Assembly: GCA_965649225.1 (NCBI GenBank)
Contig: CBFGJX010000008.1
Location: forward strand, 1 to 64,000
DNA from: a candidate division WOR-3 bacterium
GTDB lineage: Bacteria; Hydrothermota; Tepidihabitantia; Tepidihabitantales; Tepidihabitantaceae
Reading direction: 5' to 3'
Length of the DNA stretch: 64,000 bases
In this document: positions 1-9,910 of the stretch, one piece after another
How positions within the stretch are numbered: the stretch's first letter is position 1
Layout: every line of letters starts with the position of its first letter
Notes under the pieces: generated by a model
Seen by the model: only the letters and a program-made list of their open reading frames with translations
Database searches by the model: none
What the model was told of the DNA's origin: nothing
Made by a program: the position numbers and the translations under genes

Positions 1-534
1 AGACGCGGGTGGCCGCGGCCCGGGCCGGGCGGGTGCGTCGGGCGGTGGCGGGGGTGGCGGCGGAGGGGGCGGGGCCTGGGCGGCGGCAGCCTGGGCCGCC
101 ATTGCCTCGGCGGCAGCTTTTTCTGCCGGGGTCGGCGTGCTGGGCGGTGGCGTCGAGCCGGGCGGTGCATTCTTGGCCGCGAGCAGTTCGGCGATTTTTG
201 TCAGCAGGACCTCGGGTTCAAAGGGTTTGGTGACGTAGCCGTTGGCACCCATCTCCATGCCGCGGCGGACATCGTCGGGAGAAGAGCGGGCCGAGAAGAG
301 AATTATCGGCGTCTCGGCAAAGCCGCCAAACTTGAGCATCCGGCAGACGGTGTAACCGTCCATTTTCGGAATCATCAGGTCAAGAATTATGAGGTCGGGC
401 TGAAACTGACGTGCCTTGTTCAGCGCGTCGTAGCCGTCAACCGCGGTTTTCACTTCGTAGCCGTTGGCTTCAAGCCGGCCACCAACCAGTTCCCGCAGGT
501 TTTCCTCGTCCTCGACCAAAAGAATCTTTGCCAT
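1..534 (-). CDS. Response regulator receiver protein with Pro/Ala-rich linker (3' end runs off the window)
   Basis: Manual translation from ATG at 534: MAKILLVEDEENLREL...PDLIILDLMIPKMDG...FSAR...YVTKPFE (receiver acidic pocket, phospho-Asp, KP motif), then a poly-Pro tract. Starts 4 nt after the histidine kinase stop. Not in the ORF track. Confidence 0.9.
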   Translation of the reverse strand, partial: MAKILLVEDEENLRELVGGRLEANGYEVKTAVDGYDALNKARQFQPDLIILDLMIPKMDGYTVCRMLKFGGFAETPIILFSARSSPDDVRRGMEMGANGYVTKPFEPEVLLTKIAELLAAKNAPPGSTPPPSTPTPAEKAAAEAMAAQAAAAQAPPPPPPPPPPPDAPARPGPRPPAS

Positions 535-538
535 CGGT

Positions 539-1987
539 CTATACGCCTTCCTTTATCGGGAGAATGAAACTGAAGCTTGCGCCTTCACCGAGCTTGGAAT
601 GGGCCCAGACCTTGCCGTGATGGAGTTCGACGAGCGAACGGACATTGGCCAGACCCAGTCCGATGCCCGGACCGTGCGGGTCAACACGCTCGAACTTGCC
701 AAAAATCCGGTCCAGAAACTCGGCTGGTATGCCGGGGCCGGAATCGGTAACCGTCACCTGGATATAGCCGGTGTTGGGCAGGATTGACTCCTGCGACAGC
801 ACCGGAGCGTCGGGGTCGACGAAGCTGATGTCAATCTTGACCGTGCCGCCGACCGGCGAGTACTTGATGGCATTGTCGAGCAGGTTGTTGAAGACGCGCA
901 GCAGCCGGTCCCGGTCACCGAGCACCAGTGGCAGCCGCGCGGGCATGTTGCGTTCAATCGTCAGGTTTTTCTTGCTGATCAGCAGCGACATCGACTGGAC
1001 CGAGGTCGAGATGACATCGGCGAGGTCAACGCCGTCCAGCCGCAGCGTGACCTTGCCGGCTTCAATCCGTGAGACGTCAATCAGGTTGTCAATCATCCGG
1101 TTCAGCCGGTCGATTTCTTCCCGGGCGATGGTCAGGTAACGGCGCTGGCGGTCTTCGAGCTTGCCGGCGGCAGTTTCAAACAGCAGCGACATCGCTTCCT
1201 TGATTGAGGCCAGCGGGGTGCGCAGGTCGTGGGAGAGCATCGCAATCAGGTCGGTTCGGATGCGCTCGGCCTGACGCAGCTGGGTGACGTCGCGCAGAAA
1301 ACACAGGGTTATCGGCCGGCCTTCGGATTCAATCGTAACCAGGCGCATCTCGGCATCGATTTCCCGGCCGGCGCGGTTGATGATAACAACTTCATGGTGC
1401 ACCGGCACAAGCTGGCGTCGAGGGTCGGCGAGACTCTGGGCTACCGCCGGCCGGTTGCGGTGATGAACCAGCCGGTCCAGCGTCAGGCTGCGCAGTTGAG
1501 CCGCACTGTAACCGGTAAGCTCTTCGAAGCGACGATTGGCATAGACAATCGAGCGGTCTTCAATTACGCAGATGCCGTCAACCGAGTTCTCCATCGCCTG
1601 CCGGGCGACCGAGTCGGAAGGACCACTGACGGCACAGCTGGTTGCAGTTCCGACCAGCCAGTACTGGTTGTCGAGCTGCCGGCGCGAGATCGTCAAGTTG
1701 ACCGGTATCGGTCGGCCGGAGCGGCCGAGCATCACCGAGGCGCCGACTTCCCTGGTACCAGTCCCGATTCCGGCGCCAAGTACCTTCTCCAGCTCCGGAC
1801 TGGGGAACAGTTCGTGCCAGGAGGTGCCGATCAGCACTTCGGCGGAAGAAAGCCCAAGCAGCCGGGCGAGCGACTTGTTGGCGAAGACGACCGTGTCGGA
1901 AGGGTCGGCAACCCAGACGCCTTCCTGGAGGTCATTCAGAAAGGAAGTTCTTCCGGCTACTGCACTTAGCTGTTCTTCGCTGTTCAA
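539..1987 (-). CDS. Cytoplasmic two-PAS sensor histidine kinase
   Basis: Two PAS repeats, H-box SHDLRTPL, N-box NLLDNAIKY, G1 DSGPGI, G2 GIGLGL. No obvious TM segment. Confidence 0.93.
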   Translation of the reverse strand: MNSEEQLSAVAGRTSFLNDLQEGVWVADPSDTVVFANKSLARLLGLSSAEVLIGTSWHELFPSPELEKVLGAGIGTGTREVGASVMLGRSGRPIPVNLTISRRQLDNQYWLVGTATSCAVSGPSDSVARQAMENSVDGICVIEDRSIVYANRRFEELTGYSAAQLRSLTLDRLVHHRNRPAVAQSLADPRRQLVPVHHEVVIINRAGREIDAEMRLVTIESEGRPITLCFLRDVTQLRQAERIRTDLIAMLSHDLRTPLASIKEAMSLLFETAAGKLEDRQRRYLTIAREEIDRLNRMIDNLIDVSRIEAGKVTLRLDGVDLADVISTSVQSMSLLISKKNLTIERNMPARLPLVLGDRDRLLRVFNNLLDNAIKYSPVGGTVKIDISFVDPDAPVLSQESILPNTGYIQVTVTDSGPGIPAEFLDRIFGKFERVDPHGPGIGLGLANVRSLVELHHGKVWAHSKLGEGASFSFILPIKEGV

Positions 1988-2080
1988 AGTCCTGCCCTTT
2001 CGGGGTTAGTCTTTGTGCTAATGAGGTTTGGGACAAAGCCGTCATGCGCTACTGGCGCAGCAGGCTTTACCACATCAGGT

Positions 2081-2108
2081 ATTCTAGCCGGGACGAGCAG
2101 AAAGTCAA
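2081..2108 (-). promoter_or_regulatory. Sigma70-like promoter for the kinase/regulator pair (TTGACT-16-TAGAAT)
   Basis: Near-consensus hexamers in the intergenic region, oriented toward the kinase. Confidence 0.6.
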
Positions 2109-2124
2109 CCGGGCCAGCCGGAGG

Positions 2125-3153
2125 TCAGCGACGGGCAATCCGGCGCAGGGCGGCAATGCCGCCGACGAGCGCCCCGAGATAGAAACTGAACAGGCGCCAG
2201 AGCACGACATAGATGCCGAGCATGTAAACCGGGCAGATCGCCCGGTAAAGCCCGGCGGCGACGGCTTCGGCAACGCCGCTGGCACCGGGGGTTGGTACAA
2301 ACAACAGTACCGAGGCCAGCAGCATGCTCAGCCCCATGGCATGAGGAGGACGCGACACGACCCCGAGTCCGGCAAGCAGGGTTTCGCTCATGGCAAATAC
2401 CGCTACCGCAGCAGCAACTGTCAGCACAAGGGCGAGTATCAGCCAGCTGTAATAGCGCGGCCGGAGAAAAAGGCGCAGTCCGGCGTTGAACTCGTCGAAC
2501 TCGTCCAGTACCCACAAAAAGCAGCGACGGAGCAGACCGGGGTTGGGTTTCTGGTGCAGCCGGTCGTGGAGGTTACGGACATGACGGGGAAAGATGATGC
2601 TGGAAAGAATCAGCACGGCAACCAGCCCGATAACCAGCCAGATGTAACCGGAAAGAATCTTCACCAGCGCAGTGGAGGCGCCCATCAGCCGGCCAATCAG
2701 CGGTGCTGCGGTCAGCAGCAGACCGTAGAACATTACCCCGCGGATCAGCAGAATCGAAGTCGCCTTGCCCGGGCTGATGCCGCGCCGGTTCATCACCCAG
2801 AGCTGGAGTGGCAGCCCGCCGACCTGAAACGGGGTCACGGCGGCCATGAAGTAGCCGATGTAGATGACCTCAATTGAACCGAGCAATGAGAGCCGGCTTT
2901 CGCCGACCTGAGACAGCGCGGCAAGACGGGCACCGTCAAAAAGCGCGGCGACCAGCCAGAGGGCGAAGGTGGCGGCAAGCCACTGAGGCTTGATCCGGCC
3001 CAGGCCGGCCCAGGTCTCCTGACGGGCCGTAACCGCGATTACCACGACTGCGGCGGCAACGGCGATTGCCAGGAACAGTCGCACACCCCGGTTGATTGCC
3101 CGCCGGGTAGTGTTTGGTTCGCAGGCGACGGCCGTCTCGTTCAGGTCGGGCAC
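2125..3153 (-). CDS. UPF0104 / lysylphosphatidylglycerol synthase TM-domain (flippase-like) membrane protein
   Basis: Multiple TM helices; motifs AVTPFQVGG, PTPGASGVAE and WRLFSFY typical of the family. Confidence 0.82.
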   Translation of the reverse strand: MPDLNETAVACEPNTTRRAINRGVRLFLAIAVAAAVVVIAVTARQETWAGLGRIKPQWLAATFALWLVAALFDGARLAALSQVGESRLSLLGSIEVIYIGYFMAAVTPFQVGGLPLQLWVMNRRGISPGKATSILLIRGVMFYGLLLTAAPLIGRLMGASTALVKILSGYIWLVIGLVAVLILSSIIFPRHVRNLHDRLHQKPNPGLLRRCFLWVLDEFDEFNAGLRLFLRPRYYSWLILALVLTVAAAVAVFAMSETLLAGLGVVSRPPHAMGLSMLLASVLLFVPTPGASGVAEAVAAGLYRAICPVYMLGIYVVLWRLFSFYLGALVGGIAALRRIARR

Positions 3154-3159
3154 AGCGCT

Positions 3160-3187
3160 ATGCTAGTCTAAGTTGTGATTGCGTCAA
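3160..3187 (-). promoter_or_regulatory. Promoter TTGACG-16-TAGCAT, GTG start 6 nt downstream (leaderless-type)
   Basis: Reverse strand reads TTGACG CAATCACAACTTAGAC TAGCAT AGCGCT GTG. Confidence 0.6.
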
Positions 3188-3316
3188 TCCCAGCACCGGT
3201 TCAAGACAGCAGCCGCCAGACCCGGCGCGGTGGTGATGGTCGTCGGTTCATCAAAGAACGGAAGCAGAGGGGCCACCGGTGGAGGGCTGGATGGGACGAC
3301 AGGCAGTTCCAACCGG

Positions 3317-3949
3317 TCACCGGGTGCAGAAGTAGGCGATGATATTGATGCCCATCCGAAATGCCTGTTCCCGCACTTCGGGGGGGTCGTTGTGCGCGGT
3401 GGTCCAACCGTCGCTGATATTGGAGTTATAGGTATAGAAGACGACCAGGCGGCCACCAAGAAAGAGGCCGAAGCCGGCAGGCGGCCCTTCGTAATGTTCG
3501 TGGATTTTGGGCGGACCGGCGGGGAAGCTGTAGAAGGAATGGTAAATCGGGTGTTCATAGGGCAGGGGGACGAATTCAGCGCCGGGCAGTACCTTGCGCA
3601 TCTCCCGGCGGAAAGCCTCGTCCATGCCGTAGTCGTCGTCAGCATAGACAAAACCGCCCAGTTCGAGGAAACGGCGCAGACGAGCTGCTTCTTCGGGAGA
3701 GAAAACGATGTTGCCGTGACCGGTTATAAAAAGGAAGGGATATTGAAACAGCCGTTCGTCACTGAGGCTGACTTGGGCCTCCTCGGTGGCCATGACAATG
3801 TCGGTGCGGGCGTTGACCTCGCGGGCGAGATTGGGGATGGCGTCCGGGTCGTTATACCAGTCGCCACCGCCGCCGTAACGCAGCCGCGCGACCTGCAGCT
3901 GGGCAAGTGCGGCTGCAGTCAGGGCGGTGAAGAGCAAGACGGTTTTCAT
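3317..3949 (-). CDS. DUF4159 domain protein, probably exported
   Basis: Signal-like N-terminus; ARLRYGGGGDWY, YPFLFITGHG, GGFVYADD, AFRMGINI. Confidence 0.85.
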   Translation of the reverse strand: MKTVLLFTALTAAALAQLQVARLRYGGGGDWYNDPDAIPNLAREVNARTDIVMATEEAQVSLSDERLFQYPFLFITGHGNIVFSPEEAARLRRFLELGGFVYADDDYGMDEAFRREMRKVLPGAEFVPLPYEHPIYHSFYSFPAGPPKIHEHYEGPPAGFGLFLGGRLVVFYTYNSNISDGWTTAHNDPPEVREQAFRMGINIIAYFCTR

Positions 3950-4866
3950 TGCCGGGCAGATGGCTCCGGACCCGGCGCCGACTGGTTGCGCCGGTTCTTG
4001 AGGCCCTGCAGGTAACGGTACGGCACCATCACCTGGCCGAGATAGACTTTGCCCAGTTTGCGGCCGCCGTGGCAGTCCGAGCCACCGGTGAGGAGCAGCC
4101 GGTTCTTACGGGCGATCTCGGCGTAATGGTCCGACTGATGAGCGGTGTGGTCGGGATGCCACACTTCCAGTCCGTCGACGCCGGCGGCAATAGCAGCGTA
4201 GACGACGTCATCGTTGCCGCAGTTGCCCGGATGAGCGACCACCGCCAGTCCACCGTGGCGGTGGATGAAGTCGATTGCCTGTTTGGGCGAAAGCTGGAAC
4301 TTCGGGACATAAGCCGGACCGTCGTAGCCGATGTAGCGACTGAAAGCGGTTTCAATGTTCGGTACCACCCCGGCTTCCAGCATCGCCTGGGCGAGATGAG
4401 GACGGCCGACTGCCCCGCCCCGTGCCAGTTCGCAGACCCGGCGGAAGGATACCTGAATCCCCAGCGCCGCGAGCTTCTGGACCATGGCTTCGGCCCGTTG
4501 TGAACGTCGGTCGCGCAGCAGGGCAAAGAAATCGCCGACTTCGGCAGCGCGCCAGTCGACGTAGTAACCAAGCATGTGCAGGTCAATGCCGAAGACGGTG
4601 CAGCTCATCTCAACGCCGGGAACCACTTCCAACTGGCGGCTGCGGCCGGCGTCCAGCGCCCGTTCGATGCCCGCCATCGAGTCGTGGTCGGTCACGGCAA
4701 TCGCACCCAGCCCGAGGCTGGCAGCGGCGGTGACGAGTTCTTCGGGAGTGAACAGCCCGTCGGAAAAAGTCGTGTGGGTGTGCAGGTCGACCAGTCCGGC
4801 GGCGTCGAGTGAACCGGCCGGGCCGGTGGCGTTGCCGCCGAATGAGTTGCCAGGATTCTTTCTCAA
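3946..4866 (-). CDS. PHP-domain phosphoesterase (TrpH/YciV-like); start uncertain
   Basis: DLHTHTTFSDG, AVTDHD, GRPH, AHP, GGSDCHG metal-binding motifs. Confidence 0.9.
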   Translation of the reverse strand: MRKNPGNSFGGNATGPAGSLDAAGLVDLHTHTTFSDGLFTPEELVTAAASLGLGAIAVTDHDSMAGIERALDAGRSRQLEVVPGVEMSCTVFGIDLHMLGYYVDWRAAEVGDFFALLRDRRSQRAEAMVQKLAALGIQVSFRRVCELARGGAVGRPHLAQAMLEAGVVPNIETAFSRYIGYDGPAYVPKFQLSPKQAIDFIHRHGGLAVVAHPGNCGNDDVVYAAIAAGVDGLEVWHPDHTAHQSDHYAEIARKNRLLLTGGSDCHGGRKLGKVYLGQVMVPYRYLQGLKNRRNQSAPGPEPSARQ

Positions 4867-4899
4867 CTTCGCTGCCGGCGGTGCCGGTGCCGGCGAACC

Positions 4900-6414
4900 C
4901 TAGCCCATCCGGCGGGCGACGATGGCTTCATATTCCGCGACCAGTGCTGTCATCTCGCTGGACAGAGTATCGATCTGGCGGCGGGTTTCGTTGGTCCAGT
5001 CGACATCGGTGATGCCACTGAGGTTGATCAGCACGTTGAGCCGGGCGCCGCGGAAGGCAGCATCAAGGTTCATGGTGCCGACGCCGGCATCGGTGATGGA
5101 GTTCTTGTTGCCGTACTCGACGATCGGCCGGCAGTCGCGCAGGGTCTGCAGCGCCAGCGTCATCGTGCGCAAAGGTACCGCCGCGGCGGTTTTCAATGCC
5201 TCGCTGATCGCCTGAGCCCGCTCCTGGCGTTCGGCTTCAGTCTGTTTGGGCAGGCGGTAAGCGGCCATCACCTTGTTGAACGATTCGGCGTCCTCTTCAA
5301 TCAGGGCGACAAAGCGTTCCCGGACACCGAGCAGCCGGTCGCGCACCGCCTTGAGTTCGTCCTCGAATTCTTCGTAGCCTTTCTTGCCGACGGTGAGAGC
5401 GGCCACCATGGTGAAGAGCGCGGTGCCGAGGGCGCCGTTCAGCGCCGCAACCGAGCCGCCGCCCGGGGTCGGTGCCGACGAGGCGACGTCGTTGAGGAAA
5501 TCCGGCAGGCCCTTGCCCGGCACCAGCCGGTTCTCAAGAATCTGGTTCTTCTTGAAGTTGTTGAGCTGGAGATAGTAGCGGGCACAGGCATTGAGCGCAC
5601 CCTGCGGTACCAGTCCGACAATCTCGGATTCAATGACATTCACGCCCCAGCGTGCGGCTTCGCGCTTGACTACTTCAAACACCCGGTAGAGCGGTGTCTT
5701 GGTGTAGTCGGTCATGTTGATCGAAACCTGAACGCAGCCCTTCTCGCGTACTTCAAAACCCAGTGCCTTGGCATAGCGGAACCCGCCGTCGCGGAAACGG
5801 ATTGCTTTGGCGATACGTTCGGCGATTTTGACGTCGGTGGTAGCGAGGTTGACGTTGTAGGCCACGAGCGGCGCCCGGACGCCGACGACGGTCGCGCCGG
5901 CAGTCGGGTGCAGCTCGGGCCGACCGAAGTCGGGTGCCCGGTCCGGGTCGGTGCGGATTGCCTCGCGCAGGCCCTCGAACTCGCCGCGCCGGATGACCGC
6001 GAGGTCGGTGCGGTCGGGCCGGGTTGCGGCCAGTTCGTAGAGGTAGGTCGGGATGGAGAGTTCATCGGCAATCTTCTTGGCCAGTCGTTTGGCCAGCTCG
6101 ATGCATTCGGCCTGAGTCGCGCCGGAAATCGGGATGAACGGTACGACATCGGTGGCACCGATGCGGGGATGTTCGCCCTTGTGCTGGGTCAGGTCGATGA
6201 GTTCGGCAGCGGTGCGGACGGCGCGGAAGGCGGCTTCAAACACCGCCTCGGGTTCGCCGACAAAGCTGACAACGGCGCGGTTGTGGTCGGCGTCCATCTC
6301 CTGATCAAGCATCGAGACGCCGTTGACCGACTTGATGGCGTTGACAATCTGATCAATTACTTCAGGCCGGCGGCCTTCGCTGAAGTTCGGAACGCATTCA
6401 ATTATCTTGCGCAT
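4900..6414 (-). CDS. ftcD: Bifunctional glutamate formimidoyltransferase / formiminotetrahydrofolate cyclodeaminase
   Basis: ECVPNFSEGR, DADHNR, GEHPRIGATDVVPF in the N-terminal part; SSAPTPGGGSVAA and NVLINL in the cyclodeaminase part. Confidence 0.95.
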   Translation of the reverse strand: MRKIIECVPNFSEGRRPEVIDQIVNAIKSVNGVSMLDQEMDADHNRAVVSFVGEPEAVFEAAFRAVRTAAELIDLTQHKGEHPRIGATDVVPFIPISGATQAECIELAKRLAKKIADELSIPTYLYELAATRPDRTDLAVIRRGEFEGLREAIRTDPDRAPDFGRPELHPTAGATVVGVRAPLVAYNVNLATTDVKIAERIAKAIRFRDGGFRYAKALGFEVREKGCVQVSINMTDYTKTPLYRVFEVVKREAARWGVNVIESEIVGLVPQGALNACARYYLQLNNFKKNQILENRLVPGKGLPDFLNDVASSAPTPGGGSVAALNGALGTALFTMVAALTVGKKGYEEFEDELKAVRDRLLGVRERFVALIEEDAESFNKVMAAYRLPKQTEAERQERAQAISEALKTAAAVPLRTMTLALQTLRDCRPIVEYGNKNSITDAGVGTMNLDAAFRGARLNVLINLSGITDVDWTNETRRQIDTLSSEMTALVAEYEAIVARRMG

Positions 6415-6460
6415 CGCGGAAAGCTCCTCTCAAGAAGGTGACGATCATGCCGGAGAGGCA

Positions 6461-6488
6461 ATCTTACCGGCCCGGCCCGTCAAGTCAA
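6461..6488 (-). promoter_or_regulatory. Promoter for ftcD (TTGACT-16-TAAGAT)
   Basis: Hexamers upstream of a GAGGAG RBS and the ftcD ATG. Confidence 0.55.
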
Positions 6489-6498
6489 ACAGGCGGCG

Positions 6499-9400
6499 CT
6501 AGCGGGTCAGGATGACCTTCAGCAGTTCTGTTGCCGAGCTGGTCCGTGCCGCGATGAAATAGGCTCCGGGCGCCAGGTCGCGCGCGTCCCAGCAGAAACG
6601 CGCCGGACCGGGCCGCACCGGGAAAGTTGCCACCGCCCGCCCGGTCGCGTCGAACACCTGCACGACCGTCGGCGTCGTCGTTTCCAGTCTGATGTTCAGC
6701 CGGGCGCGAAACGGGCTGGGTCCGGCGCTCAGTCGGAGTCCCGTCGGCGCCGGCCGTTGCCAGTCCCGTACCGCGACCAGCGGCGCGCCGCCGCCGGTCA
6801 CACGCACGTCATCAATATAGAAACCCTCGTCAGTCGTGTCGGTGTCGCTTTTGAACGACAGCTTGACCCGGATCGTCTCGCCCGGCGCGAGCCAGTCGAG
6901 CGCATAGCGTTCCTCGCACCAGTCGCTCTCGATGACATCGAGCGGTTCACCCAGCGCCCCGCCGGTGCCGAGGAAGTCAAGCGTGTCCTCGCGCCCGGAA
7001 CGCATCACGATTACGTAGATGCCATCCACCCCGTAGTTGGGCACACGGAACCAGCGCCAGAACGAAAGTGAGCAGTTCTCGGCTGCAATCAGCGGCACGG
7101 TCATCAGCCATGCGTTCATCGCGGAATTGTAGCGCGAGGTATTGGGGTCGCCGCAGTACCACGAATGCCCGCCCGAGTTGGCACGGTAGGTGGATATGTG
7201 CCAGAGGTCGCCCGTGCCGCCGTGCGACCAGAGCCGGTCCCCGGATTCGATGTCGTCAGCGAATCCGTATTCGCCGACCAGCAGCCGGAACGTATCAACG
7301 AACTGCCAGATTTCGCTTTCCAGCTCCAGCCGCAGCGGCGCGAGATAGGACCCGGGGCAGGCGCCCGATACGCTGACGCCGAAGCTGTCGGCCGGGTAGG
7401 TAAGCCGCAGTGGCGGCATCTCGCCGAGGTTGACCGGGCCCGGCGTTTCGACCGTGACGTAGGGGTCCAGCGACACGAGCCGCGCGCTCACGGCGTGGCC
7501 CCAGCCGTGGCCGCGGTTCTGAATCGCCAGCCGGACCGCGCCTGACTGGCCCGGCGAAAGCGGCGGCCGCAACAGCACGTGGCGCTCGAGTTTCAGGCGC
7601 GGCAGGCCCATTTGCAGCACCGGCCGAAATGCAATGGCCAGGTCCGTATCCTGCACCGCCAGCTCGAACTCGATTATCCGGCCGTCCTGAGCGCAGGCCC
7701 GCGCCTCGACCCGGAACGCAGCCGCGACCAGGGTTGATTCGCCCGGCGCCAGCGCCGGGCAGACCGCAGTACTGTCCAGCACGTTCACCGTCGGGTCGCT
7801 TGAGCGCAGCACAAGCGGCCACGGCCCGCTCGCCGTGCTGCCGGCGTTGCGCAACCCGACCGAGAGTGTCACTTCCTCAAGCGGATTGAGCACACCGTCG
7901 TTGTTGCCGGCCGCATCGTCCATCAGCCAGGCAGTCAGGTTGAGGTGTCCGGCGATTCGGACTGGAATTGAGCGCACCAGCGGATAGCAGTTGCGGGCGG
8001 TGACGGTCAGCGTCATCGCACCGGTACCGGCCGGCAGATCGAGCCAGGCCTCGCCGGCGGCGTTGGTTTGGGCCCGGGCATAACGGTCCGGCGCCGACAG
8101 ACAGACCAGCGCGCCCGGCTCGGCCACTCCGCCGCGCCGCACCGTTACCAGCACCCGGCCCGGATTCGGGCCAAGAACCTCCGGCGCACTCACCCGCAGC
8201 GACTCCGGCTCGCGCGTCCATACCCCGAGCTCCGGGTCGCCCATCAGGTTGAGCTGATACTGGTGCCAGCGATAGACATTGCGGTCGTGCGAGTAGGGCG
8301 CGTAGCGCGCCTTGGCCGCGGCCAGTGCATCGCCCAGCCGGAAGCTGTCGGTGCGCGTTATCGAGTACCAGAACCGGTCGTCAAACTTGTCGGAATAGCC
8401 GAAACCAGGGTTGCCCGGCGAGCCCCAGCCATAAGAAGAGTTGCCAATCGTTGCGACGGTACCGCCGTTGGGGTTGGTGACGAATGCCTCGCCGATGCTG
8501 GCAAAATCGAACGCCGTGGTCCAGCAGCCAATCGAGTAGATAACCCCGCGCCGGTCGTTGGTGATGGTATCGGCGTCGGCCGTGCGCAGCCGGTTGGCCG
8601 GGCCGCCGCCCACGCTCATCACGTCAATCCAGCCGTGGCCGTCGTGGTTGATGAAGTTCTGACCCGCCCGGATGGCAGCCAGCACCGACTCGCGGGTCTG
8701 GTTGCCCCGGCTCTGGTAGAGCTTGGTCAGGTTGTACCAGCCGCCGAACGCAAGGTCGTCGAGCCGGTCTTTGTGGACGCCCTGGTCGGTGTAGGGGTTC
8801 TGCCAGAGTATCTCGGCCGCGAACAGGCCGTTTGAGTGCGCGGCCATGCCCAGCTCGTAGTCCAGCGTCTTGTTGACGAACGCCTGCGCCTCGCTGAGCC
8901 GGTCGCAGGGCGCGCGGCCGACCGAAAGCTCGGGTGCGAGGTCAACCGAGTCATCGGTCTCGCCAAACACGCCGTTGCCGTTTCGGTCCCAGTCGCCGTC
9001 CAGCGCCGCGAAGTAAAGGTCGCACGGCAACGAGTCCTCGCGCGGGTGCGCGCCCCACTCGCAGGCCATCGCGAACGCCTTGCGAAACGGCACCACATCG
9101 ACGTCGCCGCCCAGCAGTACGTAGCGGCAGCCCGAATCGGGCACGGTCTTGAGGTAGTTGCGCAGCTTCTCGGCGTCGTCCCGGCCCGGGTAGCGCGCAA
9201 GCACCCAGCCGATGTCGCGCACCACTGCGGGGACGCCCTTCTGCGTCTTCCACGCGGCGAGCCGGGCGAACACGGTGTCAAATCCGGCCCCGGTCACGAT
9301 GAGATAGTCGAATGCGCCGGTGTTGAGCGCCGGCGGCTCGGACAACAGCTCGTACTCGACCCGCACGCTCACGCGGCTGCACAGCTCGAGCCTGGCGTCG

Positions 9401-9861
9401 GCGCCGGTCCAGCGCAGCGGCGTGATAACGCCGTGTACCACCGTGCCTTGTCGGGTCTCGGCCGTGCCGGTCCAGCGCACGACCTGCGCCGGCCACGGCT
9501 CGGTGCTTTCGTAGACCGCCGGGTCCGGTCCGGTCACTCCGTCCGCGACCGCTTCGACGACCAGCGGCAGTTGCCGCTGTGCCGGGAACGGCCGTACCGC
9601 TTCGGTGATTGTCTGCCAGCCGGCGTAACGGAAACTCACCGCGTTCACTCGCGCCCGACCGGGTAACTGGATTGTCAGCGGCATTGATGGCAACTGCGGC
9701 GCGCCCGGCGTATCGGTCAGCTCCATTCCTGCGCCGTCAATCAGTGTGAACCCGCCGCGCTCCTCGAACTGGAACTGTGCCGGGCTGAACTGATAGCTTT
9801 CGGTTATTACCGCCGCAGTCAGAACAGAAAAAAGCGAAAACAAGACAAGAGTAGTTCGCAT
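6499..9861 (-). CDS. Gingipain-like C25 cysteine peptidase: propeptide, catalytic domain, Ig-like modules, C-terminal sorting tail
   Basis: Signal peptide MRTTLVLFSLFSVLTAA; PGAPQLP propeptide; YVLLGGD, CDLYFAALDG, LSVGRAP, NHDGHG (His), SIGCWT (Cys), NLMGDP; tail VFDATGR...LAPGAYF...KVILTR. Confidence 0.9.
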   Translation of the reverse strand: MRTTLVLFSLFSVLTAAVITESYQFSPAQFQFEERGGFTLIDGAGMELTDTPGAPQLPSMPLTIQLPGRARVNAVSFRYAGWQTITEAVRPFPAQRQLPLVVEAVADGVTGPDPAVYESTEPWPAQVVRWTGTAETRQGTVVHGVITPLRWTGADARLELCSRVSVRVEYELLSEPPALNTGAFDYLIVTGAGFDTVFARLAAWKTQKGVPAVVRDIGWVLARYPGRDDAEKLRNYLKTVPDSGCRYVLLGGDVDVVPFRKAFAMACEWGAHPREDSLPCDLYFAALDGDWDRNGNGVFGETDDSVDLAPELSVGRAPCDRLSEAQAFVNKTLDYELGMAAHSNGLFAAEILWQNPYTDQGVHKDRLDDLAFGGWYNLTKLYQSRGNQTRESVLAAIRAGQNFINHDGHGWIDVMSVGGGPANRLRTADADTITNDRRGVIYSIGCWTTAFDFASIGEAFVTNPNGGTVATIGNSSYGWGSPGNPGFGYSDKFDDRFWYSITRTDSFRLGDALAAAKARYAPYSHDRNVYRWHQYQLNLMGDPELGVWTREPESLRVSAPEVLGPNPGRVLVTVRRGGVAEPGALVCLSAPDRYARAQTNAAGEAWLDLPAGTGAMTLTVTARNCYPLVRSIPVRIAGHLNLTAWLMDDAAGNNDGVLNPLEEVTLSVGLRNAGSTASGPWPLVLRSSDPTVNVLDSTAVCPALAPGESTLVAAAFRVEARACAQDGRIIEFELAVQDTDLAIAFRPVLQMGLPRLKLERHVLLRPPLSPGQSGAVRLAIQNRGHGWGHAVSARLVSLDPYVTVETPGPVNLGEMPPLRLTYPADSFGVSVSGACPGSYLAPLRLELESEIWQFVDTFRLLVGEYGFADDIESGDRLWSHGGTGDLWHISTYRANSGGHSWYCGDPNTSRYNSAMNAWLMTVPLIAAENCSLSFWRWFRVPNYGVDGIYVIVMRSGREDTLDFLGTGGALGEPLDVIESDWCEERYALDWLAPGETIRVKLSFKSDTDTTDEGFYIDDVRVTGGGAPLVAVRDWQRPAPTGLRLSAGPSPFRARLNIRLETTTPTVVQVFDATGRAVATFPVRPGPARFCWDARDLAPGAYFIAARTSSATELLKVILTR

Positions 9862-9877
9862 TGGCTGCCTTGGGAAG

Positions 9878-9906
9878 ATTATAGGTTCCGGCCTGCGTTC
9901 GGGCAA
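9878..9906 (-). promoter_or_regulatory. Promoter for the C25 peptidase (TTGCCC-17-TATAAT)
   Basis: Perfect -10 hexamer 16 nt upstream of the ATG at 9861. Confidence 0.55.
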
Positions 9907-9910
9907 GGAA

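Noticed and set aside
20..120. GGC/GGT-rich tandem repeat
   Set aside because: Explained by the poly-Pro/Ala codons of the response regulator; not a separate repeat element.
6499..9861. C25 protein as the PorU sortase
   Set aside because: It has a gingipain-type propeptide, passenger Ig-like modules and a cargo-type tail, so it reads as a substrate. A phylogeny would be needed to exclude this fully.
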